Origin: an uncultured Alphaproteobacteria bacterium
GTDB lineage: Bacteria; Pseudomonadota; Alphaproteobacteria; CAAHEQ01; UBA3637
DNA: 64,000 bases
Assembly: GCA_944392785.1 (NCBI GenBank)
Contig: CALXXW010000013.1
Location: 182,201 to 246,200 of the forward strand
Reading direction: 5' to 3'
Shown here: in pieces, positions 41,169 through 53,946 of the stretch
Position numbering within the stretch: the stretch's first letter is position 1
Layout: every line of letters starts with the position of its first letter
Made by a program: the position numbers and the translations under genes
The notes under the pieces: model-generated
The model's database searches: none
The model's input: the letters and a program-made list of their open reading frames with translations, nothing else
What the model was told of the DNA's origin: nothing

Positions 41169-41204
41169 CATAGCTCTATTTCATAAGTTTAAAGGGATAA
41201 AAAA

Positions 41205-41504
41205 ATGTTTGCAGTAATTAAAACAGGCGGAAAACAATATAAAGTTCAGAAAGATTCTGTCATTGTGGTTGAAAAATTAGCAGGCGACGCCGGTTCGAAA
41301 ATTACTTTCGATACCGTGTTAATGGTCGGTGATAAAGTTGGAACACCTACCGTTGACGGCGCGACCGTTTCTGGGGAAATCGTCAAACAAACACGTGGAG
41401 AAAAAGTGATTATCTTTAAGAAAATTCGTCGTCATGGATATCGTCGGAAAAAAGGACACAAACAGGATTTAACTGTCGTTCGTATCACAGAGATAAAGGC
41501 TTAG
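41205..41504 (+). CDS. rplU: 50S ribosomal protein L21
   Basis: [15 protein letters not shown]-terminus. Confidence 0.95.
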   Translation: MFAVIKTGGKQYKVQKDSVIVVEKLAGDAGSKITFDTVLMVGDKVGTPTVDGATVSGEIVKQTRGEKVIIFKKIRRHGYRRKKGHKQDLTVVRITEIKA

Positions 41505-41549
41505 GATATCTTTTTCCGTTTCGTTCAATTAGATTAAGGAGAATTAAAA

Positions 41550-41807
41550 ATGGCACATAAAAAAGCAGGCGGTAGCACAAAAAACGGGCGTGACTCTGAA
41601 GGACGGCGCTTGGGACTTAAAAAATCCGGCGGTCAATCCGTTATTGCCGGCAATATCATCATTCGCCAACGGGGAACTGTGTACCGTGCCGGTGAAAATG
41701 TGGGCATGGGTAAAGATCATACCTTGTTTGCAACCGCTGACGGTATTGTCCAGTTCAAACATGGCGCTATGGATCGCGTCTATGTTTCTGTTGTCTCGGC
41801 CGAGTAA
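41550..41807 (+). CDS. rpmA: 50S ribosomal protein L27
   Basis: [17 protein letters not shown]-terminus. A terminator lies at 41825..41858. Confidence 0.95.
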   Translation: MAHKKAGGSTKNGRDSEGRRLGLKKSGGQSVIAGNIIIRQRGTVYRAGENVGMGKDHTLFATADGIVQFKHGAMDRVYVSVVSAE

Positions 41808-42086
41808 ACAGACTATTCTGATAAAAAGCCCTCTTGATTTTTTCAAGGGGCTTTTTTATTCGTATGTTCCTATACCACTGGGGGCATGTGTCCGTTATCA
41901 TATCCCTTTCCAGAGGACAAATGATGTGGTTTTCTTTTCTCTCTGATACATAAGAGATCGCTTGCCTACTCAAAGCAGATGCAAGACTCTCTCTTATGTA
42001 TCATTGATATGAGTTCGTAGATTTTTGACACAAAGCTTGCTTGTCGAGGAAAAAGAGATTGACTTTTCTCTTTTTTTAAAGGATAA

Positions 42087-43455
<1,369 letters not shown>

Positions 43456-43467
<12 letters not shown>

Positions 43468-44562
43468 ACTTTCCCGGCTAAAAATATCCCGGATAATGAT
43501 ATTAACCCACGCATCAACGTTAAATGCAACATGGTGATTGGGGGCGTTTTGAATGAAATCGGATAAACAGGTCTGGTACTGGTGATATACCTCGTCCGGC
43601 ATCTGCTTGAGATAAACATATAAAGCCTCTTCGCTTTCAAAATCCGCTCGATTGATAAAACAGCCCTGAGGTATGTAGTTAGAGACATCCGGAGCCCCTA
43701 AATAAACCGGCACAGCGCCTGTTTCTATACCATCGATGATTTTTTCAGAAACATATCCCGAATGAATGGCATTTTCATATGCCAGAAAAAACTTCGTATG
43801 ACGCATGACATCTGATTTAGAGGCGATATATCCTTTATAAACGGTTTGAAAATTTTTCACCCCTTGGGGAGACAGTTCATTCTTTAATCGCTCCCAACCA
43901 CGACCATAAAGAGCAAAATCCTCCGGATGATTTTCAATCAAATACTTGGCTGTTTGACGACGTGCCTGATAGTTAGATTTATTATTATAGTGATTCGATA
44001 ATACCATTGAAATCAGGGTTTTGTTTGCGTGAGCTGCAGAGTCTGTTTCTGATATTATTTTATCTTGTTTTCGAAGGGGATGAGGTATCGGCAACCAAGC
44101 ATAAATACCCTCCCCTGCAATATTATTTTTTTTAATTAAATCAGTATCATATGTCCAGATACGTTTAAATGTCTTAACCGCCTGCTCTTGCGTAAAAGAG
44201 GGCCAGGAAAAGGGCGTCTCAAGTAAATACAAATATACGGGTTTTCCCGGAGGAAGATTTTTGGGGCATTTAGAAACACAGAAAACCAGATCACTTTGTT
44301 CAGAAGAGTATACTTGCTGTGTTTGCAACAGATAACCATGCCTTAAAAAAGCTTTTTGAAGAGCCGACCAAAAGGGGCTACTAAAAATATCTTGAGCTCC
44401 ATCTCGCCAAGAAAACAATAAAGCTTTTTTGAGCGGCCCCCGAGGCGGTATATCCGACAACAACCGAGCCGTTTCAAGCTCCATGACAAAACAAAAGCCT
44501 AACCATACCCAAAGCAATAGAAGAATACCGCACATAACATGCCATAACGATTTATTTTTCAT
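43456..44562 (-). CDS. glycosyltransferase family 10 (alpha-1,3-fucosyltransferase-like), N-terminal membrane anchor
   Basis: HTKFFLAYENAIHSGYVSEKIIDGIETGAVPVYLG matches the FxLxFENSxxxxYVTEKxxD...P(V/I)YxG signature of GT10 fucosyltransferases. One N-terminal TM helix. Confidence 0.65.
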
Positions 44563-44566
44563 ATAG

Positions 44567-45055
44567 TCATCTTTTTCCGTTGTTATAGTGAGCTAACACT
44601 CTTTGTTTATCCCGGTTCCAATCGCGTTTTTTAATATCTTCACGCTTATCAACCGTATGTTTACCGGTTGCAATGGCTATCCGAACTTTAACAAGTCCTC
44701 TTTGATTAAAGTACATATCTAAAGGAACGACGGTCTTTCCTTTTTTTAGTAAGGCATCGTGAATTTCTTTCAATTCTCTATGCTTTAATAACAGTTGACG
44801 CGGACGTGTGGCGCTTTGCTCAATAAAACCACCTCTGGCATAGGCATATTCCATAATATGAGCGTTTACCAGGTAGAGCCCCCCATCCTTTTCAAAGGAA
44901 GCATAGCTTTCCGCAATAGTTGCATGACCCGCGCGCAATGATTTTACCTCACCACCTGTCAGAACGATTCCCGCTTCATATGTTTCGTTAATAACGTAAT
45001 TAAAACGTGCTTTACGATTGGTGGCAATTGTCCCTGTTGAAATCAATGTCTTCAT
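44567..45055 (-). CDS. smpB: SsrA-binding protein
   Basis: 162 aa. NRKARFNYVI, GGEVKSLRAGHATIAESYA. Confidence 0.92.
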   Translation of the reverse strand: MKTLISTGTIATNRKARFNYVINETYEAGIVLTGGEVKSLRAGHATIAESYASFEKDGGLYLVNAHIMEYAYARGGFIEQSATRPRQLLLKHRELKEIHDALLKKGKTVVPLDMYFNQRGLVKVRIAIATGKHTVDKREDIKKRDWNRDKQRVLAHYNNGKR

Positions 45056-45064
45056 TTTTCTACC

Positions 45065-46714
45065 TTATAGCAAACTTAAAAAAAAGTCAAGATGAACCTT
45101 TAAACATCTTTGCTCCCAAGCAGAAAGTGACGGCCAAATGTCTTGCATAATCCGCTGATGATAAGAACACAGCCATCTCTTTTCATCCCGTGTCAATAAA
45201 GTCGAATCAACCAGTCGCGCATCAAAGGGAATCAATAATAAATTTTGAAATTTTAACCATCCTTTCGACGCCGGAACGGTCAATAACATATTTTCCAAAC
45301 GAATGCCAAAACCGTTTATCTCATCATATACGGCCGGTTCATTTGAAAAAACCATGCCTGCCAACAAAGGCGTTTGACTTTTTTCATGAATAATCGGCGG
45401 CATTTCATGAACGGCCAGGCACATCCCTATTCCATGCCCTGTCGCATGTAAATAATCGACACCATCGGCACGTAAAAAAGCATGAGCACGTGTATCAAGT
45501 CGAGCGGGCTTTTCTCCGACACGCACACAAGCAGAAGCCAAGGCAATATGTCCCTTTAACACTTGCGTATAACGCCGACGCATCAAACACGTCGGCTCTC
45601 CAACGGCAATGGTCCGTGTCATATCGGTCGTACCATTCAAATACTGGCCCCCTGTATCGACCAAAAACAACGGAGCTTGTGACAAATAAGTATTGGCCGC
45701 AACATCTGTATGATAATGCGCCAGCGCTGCATGTTTACCTACGGCCGCTATGGTTTCAAAGCTATCCCCCAAATAAAGGGGATTTTCCGAACGTAAACGA
45801 ATTAAATAAGCGGCAGCCTCTTGTTCGGTTGCGGTTGATTTATGTGTTTCAACCCATGCCAGAAAACGACATACAACCAGACTTTCAAAGAGGCAGGCTT
45901 CTTGAATAGCGGCAATTTCCGTTTTATTTTTAATACTTTTTAAGGCAGAAATAATATCCGGTATATTTTTAAGAGTGGCTCGGTGACGTAAATCCTCTAT
46001 CAGAGCAATCGGTGTCATAGAAAAATCAATCCCCAGTGTCAATCCCGATAAATCCGATGCAGACTCCAAAGACTGATATCGTCCGTCGGAAAATAAAACG
46101 CCGCGTTCATATACAACCGGATAGGCAGGCACACGACGGCTACGACGATTTAACAACCAAGATGTATTTTCGGGATTTGTCATGACAAAGGCATCTATGC
46201 CTTTTTGCCGAATATAAGCCGCAACAGTCATACATTTATCCGAAGCAGAGGCCCCGGCATATTTTTCCGGATAAAGAAAAACATCTTTTTCTTGATTAAA
46301 AGAGGATTTTCCAAAAAGCTCTATTGTCTCTGAATCGCTGATGGGTATCAAAATTGCTCCCGTCTCTTGCAGGCGATCGATTTCAGCCGGCGTATGTGTC
46401 CAGGGTTGATACAAGACTTTTTTCCCGACAGCATGTTCCGAAAGCCACAAAAAAGGTGTCGTCTCGGTCGGCACCTCAAAAACCTCTGCCGTCGTTTCTG
46501 TCTTAGCCTCAATCGTATATCGCGCATCAACGAATAAAATCAGTCGATCCGGCAAAATGATGGCTAATCCTGCCGAACCTTTAAACCCGGATAGAGTTGC
46601 CAATCGACCGGCCTCCGGCGGATAATACTCCCCCAGAAAAGAATCCGTTCGCGTCAACAACATCATATCCGCTTTTTTTGTCTTCAAAAAAGCCTGTAAA
46701 CACTGCCGCATCAT
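45065..46714 (-). CDS. pepP: Xaa-Pro aminopeptidase (M24B, creatinase N-domain)
   Basis: M24 metal ligands HGIGMCLAVHE and NEPAVY. The start is chosen at the ATGATG that overlaps the prmA stop; the track ORF extends to 46810. Confidence 0.75.
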   Translation of the reverse strand: MMRQCLQAFLKTKKADMMLLTRTDSFLGEYYPPEAGRLATLSGFKGSAGLAIILPDRLILFVDARYTIEAKTETTAEVFEVPTETTPFLWLSEHAVGKKVLYQPWTHTPAEIDRLQETGAILIPISDSETIELFGKSSFNQEKDVFLYPEKYAGASASDKCMTVAAYIRQKGIDAFVMTNPENTSWLLNRRSRRVPAYPVVYERGVLFSDGRYQSLESASDLSGLTLGIDFSMTPIALIEDLRHRATLKNIPDIISALKSIKNKTEIAAIQEACLFESLVVCRFLAWVETHKSTATEQEAAAYLIRLRSENPLYLGDSFETIAAVGKHAALAHYHTDVAANTYLSQAPLFLVDTGGQYLNGTTDMTRTIAVGEPTCLMRRRYTQVLKGHIALASACVRVGEKPARLDTRAHAFLRADGVDYLHATGHGIGMCLAVHEMPPIIHEKSQTPLLAGMVFSNEPAVYDEINGFGIRLENMLLTVPASKGWLKFQNLLLIPFDARLVDSTLLTRDEKRWLCSYHQRIMQDIWPSLSAWEQRCLKVHLDFFLSLL

Positions 46715-47580
46715 CAGCTCTCCCGCGCCACCACCAACGTGCTCCATCCTCTGATGCGATATCGACGCACGAATCGAAGCCCTATATCGGTATGAGCCTT
46801 TAATACCCAACGCTCTTGCCGGACCAAAAAGCCGGATAGAATCGCCTCTCCCCCCACCGTTAAATGAGCCTTGAGATCCGATGCCATATTCATCAGAGGT
46901 CGAGCCAAAATATTACAAAAAATCAAATCATATTGTTTTGATACCTCTTGATAACCATCACTTCGCCACACATGCACCAAATTTTCCACACCGTTATCTC
47001 GGGCATTACACAAGGCGACTCGGACAGATTCCTCATCAATATCAACGGCATCTACCGGACGCCGAAACGTTTTGGCATAAGCCATGGCTAAAATACCCGA
47101 ACCACATCCGACATCTAAAACACAAGCCGGTTTTATGTCCAGTTCATTTAACGCCAATAGACATCCATGCGTGGTCTGATGCTCCCCCGTTCCAAAAGCC
47201 GTTGCGGCATCAATTCTGAGAGGAATTTTATCCGCAGGTATTTTGTCATGGATATGAGAGCCATAAATAAAATATCGACCAATTGTCATTGGTTGAAAAC
47301 TTTGATAACTTTCCTGTAGCCAATTTTTATCCGGCATAGCCTGAAGCATATAGTCCGGAACGGGAATATGCGCTAACTGCGCCGCTTTCTGCATAAGAAT
47401 TTTTATCATATCCGCCGCCGGCTGACCTTCAAAAATCATCTGCATTTCCCAGCGACCTTTGTCGGGTCCTGTTTCCAAAAGAACCGTTAAAATAGCACCG
47501 GCAACCTCAGAAAACACGTCTTCAAAAACACTGACAGCTGAGGCCGGTAAAATTATTTTTAAATCGTAATTCAGAGCCAT
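46714..47580 (-). CDS. prmA: ribosomal protein L11 methyltransferase
   Basis: FGTGEHQTTHGCL and the SAM motif VLDVGCGSGILAMAYA. The ATG at 47580 is preceded by GGAGG. Confidence 0.85.
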   Translation of the reverse strand: MALNYDLKIILPASAVSVFEDVFSEVAGAILTVLLETGPDKGRWEMQMIFEGQPAADMIKILMQKAAQLAHIPVPDYMLQAMPDKNWLQESYQSFQPMTIGRYFIYGSHIHDKIPADKIPLRIDAATAFGTGEHQTTHGCLLALNELDIKPACVLDVGCGSGILAMAYAKTFRRPVDAVDIDEESVRVALCNARDNGVENLVHVWRSDGYQEVSKQYDLIFCNILARPLMNMASDLKAHLTVGGEAILSGFLVRQERWVLKAHTDIGLRFVRRYRIRGWSTLVVARES

Positions 47581-47599
47581 TTGTCCTCCTTGTTGTGGA

Positions 47600-47628
47600 A
47601 TTTTAAGGCCGTTTATCCGAAAATGCAA
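47600..47628 (-). promoter_or_regulatory. sigma70 promoter for prmA-pepP
   Basis: On the minus strand, TTGCAT-N17-TAAAAT, then about 10 nt to a GGAGG RBS. Confidence 0.55.
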
Positions 47629-47681
47629 GTAAAAACAACCGACGGGGAAACCGTCGGTTGCATTGAGAAAATATATTCTCG

Positions 47682-48599
47682 TTAAATTTTATTTTCCTCC
47701 GTGCTTGGTTGCGCCAATAAACGAATGTTAAAATAACGCAACAACGGCACCGCAATATAAATAGATGAGTAAGTACCAAAAACGGTCCCTAACAACATAG
47801 CCAACGAGAAGCCCTCCAAAGCTTCACCTCCTACAAACAACAGAACAACAATAACAGACAGGGTCGTCAAACTGGTTAAAATTGTTCGTGAAAACGTCTC
47901 ATTGATACTTTTATTTAATATCTCATCCACAGACATGCGGCGATATTTGCGTAAGTTTTCCCGTATCCGATCGTAGGTCACAATCGTATCATTACAGTCA
48001 TATCCCGCCAACGATAGCAGACCCGCGACAACAACCATATCAAAATCCCATCCGAAAAAAGCAAAAAAACCAACGACAATAATCAAGTCATGCACAAGCG
48101 ATAACATGCAGCCGATGGCAAAAGGCCACTCAAAGCGAAACCAAATATACACCGAAATTGCTAACAAAGCCAACACGGTGGCCAACAAGCTTTTTTCTTT
48201 CAATTCTTGTCCGACACTGGGCCCCACAACCTCTGCCTGAGTGATTTGAAAATCAGCGCCCAAGGTCTCACGCACACGGTTAATCAAAACAGCACTGGTT
48301 TGTGTTTCATCCGGTTTAGCCTGAATCATGATTGTTGTTCCCTCTAAACCCGCCGATTGGATGGTCAAACCGTTTAAAAAACCAAGACTTTGACGCACCT
48401 TCTCCATATCAATGGGTTGCTCTGATGTAGCTTCAATCGATACACCGCCTTCAAAATCAATTCCGTAGTCCAACCCTTTGATAAAGAAAGAAGCTATTGC
48501 TACAATCAACAACAACGCAGAAAAAGCAAATGCCAGTTTATATGTTTTTAAAAAATCAATTTTCAGTTCTTTTTTAGCGAATAATTTAAACATGTTCAT
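47682..48599 (-). CDS. secF: protein translocase subunit SecF
   Basis: 305 aa with six TM helices in SecDF topology. Confidence 0.9.
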   Translation of the reverse strand: MNMFKLFAKKELKIDFLKTYKLAFAFSALLLIVAIASFFIKGLDYGIDFEGGVSIEATSEQPIDMEKVRQSLGFLNGLTIQSAGLEGTTIMIQAKPDETQTSAVLINRVRETLGADFQITQAEVVGPSVGQELKEKSLLATVLALLAISVYIWFRFEWPFAIGCMLSLVHDLIIVVGFFAFFGWDFDMVVVAGLLSLAGYDCNDTIVTYDRIRENLRKYRRMSVDEILNKSINETFSRTILTSLTTLSVIVVLLFVGGEALEGFSLAMLLGTVFGTYSSIYIAVPLLRYFNIRLLAQPSTEENKI

Positions 48600-48609
48600 T
48601 TCTTCCTTT

Positions 48610-50178
48610 TTATAAATTGACTTTTGTCGGTTTAACGACTTTCAACCAGGCCGCTAATAAAACTTTAGCCACAAAAATCGCCGCAAACAGTGTCGTCACC
48701 AGACCAAATGCCAGAGTGACACCGAATCCACGCACCGGCCCTGACCCCAACAGGAACAAAAATGCCGCCGCAAATAAAGTCGTCAACTGACCATCAAAAA
48801 TAGCCGAGAAAGAGCCGGCAAAACCTTTTTTTACAACTTCTGCCGGATGTGTTGTCCCATGCAGCATCTCTTCTTTCATCCGTTCATAGACCAAAATATT
48901 CGCATCCACGGCCATTCCTAACGTTAAAGCAATTCCCGCCAATCCCGGCAACGTCAGCGTTGCACCGGTCAAGCTTAACAAAGCCAATAACAAGATACCA
49001 TTAACAAACAAAGTAATGTCCGCGATAATCCCAAAGAAACCATATATCAGAATCATCACGGCAAAGACAACCACTAAACCTATTAAGCAAGCGGTTGTCC
49101 CCGCCTGAATAGAGTCTTCTCCGAGACTGGGACCGACTACACGCTCCTCAACCACCAACAACGGAGCCGGCAAAGCACCCGAGCGCAATAACAATGCCAG
49201 ATCATTGGCCGATTGAACGGTGTAATTACCCGTGATAACTCCCTTACCCCCCGTGATGGGTGAATTAATGGTCGGGGCACTGATAACTTTTCCATCCAAA
49301 ACGATGGCTAAACGCCGTCCGACATTATCACGCGTCGCGGCAGCAAAACGCTTGGCTCCCAGCGATTTAAAACTGAAGGACACACAGGGATTCCCTTGTT
49401 CATCATAGGTTCCTCGTGCATCTTCCAAACTCTCGCCACCGACAACGACGGAGCGTTTCAAAACGATGTATCCTGTTTCATCTCCCGTCATCAACATGGA
49501 ATCCGGAGAAATACGCCCCATTTGAGCCATTTGCGGCGTCGTTTCTTCATCTACCAAGTGAAAAGCCAGCTTAGCTGTTTTTCCCATCAAGGCTTTAATT
49601 TCGGAAGGATCCTGCACTCCGGGTAATTGAACGACGATGCGATCAATTCCCTGCGGATGGACTTGAGGCTCTTTGGTTCCCAACTCATCGATACGACGAC
49701 GCACAATCTCTACGGACTGCGCTACCGCTTGTTGTTTCATTTTATCCAATGCTTCTTGAGTATACTTGACCCTCAACAAGCCATTTTCATTCTGGATATC
49801 CAAGGCAACGTTTTCTTGCTTGCGAATAATCTCTCGCGCATCATTGACCTGTCCGGCATCCGTGATTTTTAATTGCATAACACCATCCGCGACCGTCAAA
49901 CCGGAGTATCTGATTTTTCCTTCACGCAAAGCCGAACGAGAGACATCTGCCAAAGCCTGTAATTTTTCTTCGACCAAGGCACGCGAATCTACCTCCATCA
50001 ACAAGTATGACCCACCTTGTAAATCAAGTCCCAATGTAATGGGTTTTAACCATTCCTTGACGGCGGGGGACCAGCGCTTATATGTTTCAGCCGGCACAAA
50101 ATTCGGCAGGGCAAACACAAACCCCAGGGCAACAATAACGCCGATCAGAATCGTCTTTATTCTTGAGTATCCAAACAT
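48610..50178 (-). CDS. secD: protein translocase subunit SecD
   Basis: 522 aa with a large periplasmic P1 domain and a conserved C-terminal TM bundle. Confidence 0.9.
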   Translation of the reverse strand: MFGYSRIKTILIGVIVALGFVFALPNFVPAETYKRWSPAVKEWLKPITLGLDLQGGSYLLMEVDSRALVEEKLQALADVSRSALREGKIRYSGLTVADGVMQLKITDAGQVNDAREIIRKQENVALDIQNENGLLRVKYTQEALDKMKQQAVAQSVEIVRRRIDELGTKEPQVHPQGIDRIVVQLPGVQDPSEIKALMGKTAKLAFHLVDEETTPQMAQMGRISPDSMLMTGDETGYIVLKRSVVVGGESLEDARGTYDEQGNPCVSFSFKSLGAKRFAAATRDNVGRRLAIVLDGKVISAPTINSPITGGKGVITGNYTVQSANDLALLLRSGALPAPLLVVEERVVGPSLGEDSIQAGTTACLIGLVVVFAVMILIYGFFGIIADITLFVNGILLLALLSLTGATLTLPGLAGIALTLGMAVDANILVYERMKEEMLHGTTHPAEVVKKGFAGSFSAIFDGQLTTLFAAAFLFLLGSGPVRGFGVTLAFGLVTTLFAAIFVAKVLLAAWLKVVKPTKVNL

Positions 50179-50196
50179 ATTTTTTCCTTTCCTCGA

Positions 50197-50553
50197 TTAC
50201 TTTTTAGATGCAGCCTTATCAATCAGCACCTGAGACACATAGCCGCGCAAGACGGTTAAATGAACGTTATGACCGACATCAACAATCAATTTATCCGCCG
50301 ATGGCACATCTATGACGGTGCCGACAATCCCGGCGATAACCACCCGAGTTCCTTTGATAATCGCATTTAACTCTGCCTCGTGCTGTTTTAAACGTTTTTG
50401 TTGTGGTCGAATCAGTAAGAAATATACGATGGCAATAACCAGAGCAAACTGAAGAATCAAGGCCCCTAAACCACCGGAAGCGGAAGCCGTTGCTGCCGTC
50501 GTATCCAGTGTTTGAGCAAATGCCGATGAAATAAACATATTAAACCTCCTCAA
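50197..50553 (-). CDS. yajC: preprotein translocase subunit YajC
   Basis: 118 aa. IVYFLLIRPQQKRLKQHEAELNAI. Confidence 0.85.
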   Translation of the reverse strand: MRRFNMFISSAFAQTLDTTAATASASGGLGALILQFALVIAIVYFLLIRPQQKRLKQHEAELNAIIKGTRVVIAGIVGTVIDVPSADKLIVDVGHNVHLTVLRGYVSQVLIDKAASKK

Positions 50554-50627
50554 AATAATTTATAGAATATCTATGCACATTTTAAAGCAAAAAGCAACTC
50601 TTTTTTAAAAAAGAATCATGTTTTTAT

Positions 50628-50656
50628 TTGACAATAACCGTGGCTGTCGCTATACT
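50628..50656 (+). promoter_or_regulatory. sigma70 promoter for ettA
   Basis: TTGACA-N17-TATACT. Confidence 0.6.
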
Positions 50657-50739
50657 GATACCCAAAATTTATGTAGTGGCTTCAACGAATTTTGGCGGAT
50701 ACACCGCGTAAAATGAATGATGATGTTTAAGGAGTAAAA

Positions 50740-52416
50740 ATGCCAGCCTATCAATATATCTATGTCATGAAAGATTTATGTAAAACTTTTCCGGGCGGAA
50801 AAGAGGTCTTGAAACATATTTGGCTCAGTTTTTTCCCCGGCGCCAAAATCGGCGTTTTGGGTCCTAATGGCGCCGGCAAATCGACTTTGCTGAAAATTAT
50901 GGCCGGTTTAGATGAAGATTTTTCAGGCGAAGCCTGGGCCGCTGAGGGCGTAAAAGTCGGATATCTACCTCAAGAACCACAACTTGACCCAAATAAAAAT
51001 GTTATGGAAAATATCATGGATGGTGTGGGTCCTGTGCGAGACTTGATGCGTCGTTTTGAAGAAGTTAATATGGCTTTTTCCGATCCCGAGGCAGATATGG
51101 ATGCGCTTCTTGCCGAACAAGCAGAGCTGCAGGAAAAAATTGATGCTTGCAACGGCTGGGAGCTAGAACGCACCATAGAAATTGCCATGGATGCCTTGCG
51201 CTGTCCTCCGGCAGATGCCGATGTTTCCAAATTATCCGGCGGTGAAAAACGTCGTGTCGCCTTGTGCCGACTGTTGCTATCCAAACCGGATATGCTGTTA
51301 TTAGATGAACCGACAAATCATTTAGATGCCGAATCTGTCGCTTGGTTGCAAATCTATTTGAAGAACTACCCCGGAACAGTCGTTATGATTACGCATGACC
51401 GTTATTTCTTGGACAATGTGACAGGTTGGATTTTAGAAATGGATCGTGGCGAAGGCATCCCCTTTGAGGGTAATTATACCAGTTGGCTGGAGCAAAAAAA
51501 TAAACGATTGGAACAAGAACAAAACGCCGAAAACAATCGGCAAAAAATTCTTGCTCAAGAATTAGAATGGGTTCGGCAATCTCCCAAAGCTCGGCAAGCT
51601 AAGTCCAAAGCACGTATCACAGCCTATGAAGAGTTGCTGAAAAAATCTGTGGAAAAGGCTCCTGATGCCGGTCAAATCATCATTCCTCCCGGTCCCAGAC
51701 TGGGCAATCTGGTGCTGGAGGCAGAACATCTTTCCAAAGCGTTTGGCAACAAACTGTTGTTTGATGATTTATCTTTTCGTCTGCCGGCCGGAGGCATTGT
51801 CGGGGTCATAGGTCCTAACGGAGCCGGAAAAACGACCCTAATGCGTATTATTACGGGGCAAGAAAAACCGGATGGCGGAACGTTTAGAATAGGAGAAACA
51901 GTCAAATTGGGGTATGTGGATCAATCCCGAGACGCTTTGGACGATTCAAAAACGGTATGGCAAGAGATCTCGGGGGGAATGGATATTCTCACGCTGGGAA
52001 AACGAGAAGTCAATTCACGCAGCTACGTCTCTCAATTTAACTTCAAAGGAGCCGACCAACAAAAGAAAGTCGGCGTGCTATCAGGTGGCGAGCGCAACCG
52101 TGTCCATATGGCTAAAATGCTAAAATCCGGCGCAAATGTCTTATTGTTAGATGAGCCGACAAATGATTTGGATGTGGATACCTTACGAGCGCTGGAAGAG
52201 GCTTTAATGGACTTTCCGGGATGTGCCGTGATTACATCTCATGACCGATGGTTTTTGGATCGTTTGGCGACACATATTTTAGCTTTTGAAGGAGATAGTC
52301 GCGTTGTCTTTTTTGAGGGTAATTATGCCGAATACGAAGCCGACAGACATCGGCGTTTAGGAACAGATGCCGATCAGCCTCATCGCATTAAATATAAACC
52401 GATTGAACGACAATAA
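50740..52416 (+). CDS. ettA: energy-dependent translational throttle protein EttA (ABC-F)
   Basis: 558 aa with two ABC cassettes and N-terminus [49 protein letters not shown]. Confidence 0.9.
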   Translation: MPAYQYIYVMKDLCKTFPGGKEVLKHIWLSFFPGAKIGVLGPNGAGKSTLLKIMAGLDEDFSGEAWAAEGVKVGYLPQEPQLDPNKNVMENIMDGVGPVRDLMRRFEEVNMAFSDPEADMDALLAEQAELQEKIDACNGWELERTIEIAMDALRCPPADADVSKLSGGEKRRVALCRLLLSKPDMLLLDEPTNHLDAESVAWLQIYLKNYPGTVVMITHDRYFLDNVTGWILEMDRGEGIPFEGNYTSWLEQKNKRLEQEQNAENNRQKILAQELEWVRQSPKARQAKSKARITAYEELLKKSVEKAPDAGQIIIPPGPRLGNLVLEAEHLSKAFGNKLLFDDLSFRLPAGGIVGVIGPNGAGKTTLMRIITGQEKPDGGTFRIGETVKLGYVDQSRDALDDSKTVWQEISGGMDILTLGKREVNSRSYVSQFNFKGADQQKKVGVLSGGERNRVHMAKMLKSGANVLLLDEPTNDLDVDTLRALEEALMDFPGCAVITSHDRWFLDRLATHILAFEGDSRVVFFEGNYAEYEADRHRRLGTDADQPHRIKYKPIERQ

Positions 52417-52511
52417 CGGTAGAGTCAACATAGCCTTTAGGATGGAGAAAATACAGCAACTCTTGACAGATACGCGTTTCATGTTATCCTAAAACAAAAG
52501 GGGGAAGTAGC

Positions 52512-52763
52512 ATGACGATAAAGAGATCTTTAATGCCTTTTTTGGCTTTAGCGGCGGTAATGCCGTTGTATACGGGTTGTCAGACGACCCGTGAGACAGG
52601 TTCTAAGATTGGGTGCTCTCTTAAAACGGCCGGTTCAGAAATTGTTGATTTTTTCGATTTTTCAGCCACCTACGTCCCTAAAAGCAAAGAGGAATATGAA
52701 ACAATTATATTCCATCAAAAGCGGGCGATGGCGACGTGGGGCCCTTTGGATCACTCACGCTAA
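52512..52763 (+). CDS. small putative lipoprotein
   Basis: 83 aa with a signal peptide and lipobox LYTGC. Promoter-like TTGACA-N16-TATCCT upstream. Confidence 0.4.
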   Translation: MTIKRSLMPFLALAAVMPLYTGCQTTRETGSKIGCSLKTAGSEIVDFFDFSATYVPKSKEEYETIIFHQKRAMATWGPLDHSR

Positions 52764-52883
52764 AAAGTCCCGTATCGGCCGCACCGGGAATAGGCTTTTT
52801 CAGAACGGGACGACAGCAAATAAACCCTAAAGATACCACTAAAGAGATACTTAAAGAACAGATTAAAACCCTTTCTAATAAAA

Positions 52884-53786
52884 TCATTTTTTCTTCCTTT
52901 CAAATGCGTTATTCATACGTCCGTGATTGGCTAAATAAATACCCATTAAGATAATACTGCCTCCAACCAGTTGCAGGCGATGAATCGGTTCATGCAGAAA
53001 CAAAAAAGCTTCCAATGTGCTGAAAATCGGCATCAGGTAATAGACAAGGCTTAGTCGAACACTATCAACTTTTTGAAGAGCAATATTCCACAACAGATAT
53101 GCCAAAACCGAATTGACAATTCCCATATAGAGAATGATTAAAATAACATCCCAATCTATATAGGTCATTTTTAACGGATGTATAAGAGTCTCGTGCACAA
53201 ACATAGGCAGACATGAGAGAGCTCCTATCAGTATCGATAAAGAAAGCATCGTCACTTGACGATATCCCGAATGATGACAAGAAACCAAATAGCTATAAAA
53301 CCCAAAGGAAACCGCCATTAAAATCATCCAAAGATGTCCGCTTTGAAAAGAAAATGATGTTATTTTGCCTTTTAACACTATCATTAAAACACCTAAAATG
53401 GCTAAAGTGATTCCCCTGATTTGTACTTTAGAGACAGGTATATGACCTAAAAAATGAGCAAATAAAATTAAAAAGACAGGGCCTGTCACCGAAATTAAAG
53501 CCATATCAATAGCCGGCAATGTATAAGCAGCATAATACACACAGGTGTTGCTGAATGTGATACCAATCAGAGCCAATGCTAACACCAGACGCCACTGTCG
53601 ACAAAACAACCGACGATGTTTCCAAATTTTTCGGAACGTGAACGGAAGCAGACATATAGCCGCAATCATCCAACGAAAAAAAGAAATCTGCCACGGCATT
53701 AAAACACCAACTAAATGACTGCCAAAAATCACATTAAAGCTCCAAAAAAAGACCGCTAAAATGCCCAAACCATAATATTTCAACAT
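52884..53786 (-). CDS. DMT superfamily transporter (EamA family)
   Basis: Ten predicted TM helices with duplicated EamA halves. The start is chosen at the internal Met with an AGGAAG RBS; the track ORF extends to 54032. Confidence 0.7.
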   Translation of the reverse strand: MLKYYGLGILAVFFWSFNVIFGSHLVGVLMPWQISFFRWMIAAICLLPFTFRKIWKHRRLFCRQWRLVLALALIGITFSNTCVYYAAYTLPAIDMALISVTGPVFLILFAHFLGHIPVSKVQIRGITLAILGVLMIVLKGKITSFSFQSGHLWMILMAVSFGFYSYLVSCHHSGYRQVTMLSLSILIGALSCLPMFVHETLIHPLKMTYIDWDVILIILYMGIVNSVLAYLLWNIALQKVDSVRLSLVYYLMPIFSTLEAFLFLHEPIHRLQLVGGSIILMGIYLANHGRMNNAFERKKK

Positions 53787-53946
53787 TTCTACCACTTCCT
53801 GACGGTAATGATATAGGGCAAAAAAAACGTATTGCATCCCTCTGTAAAAAAAACATGTCAAAAGTCGATGACCCTCTTTACTTCCAGAAGAGATTATCCT
53901 TATACTGTATCTTGTTGATGAACTTTTGATCATAAGAGGAAAGAAA

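Noticed and set aside
52705-52887. 60-aa minus-strand ORF (MILLERVLICSLSISLVVSLGFICC...) with a nearby AAAGGAAG, convergently overlapping the small lipoprotein gene
   Set aside because: It could be a small membrane peptide, but it overlaps the 3' end of the plus-strand ORF and the signal peptide has no clean lipobox. The evidence is insufficient to call it.
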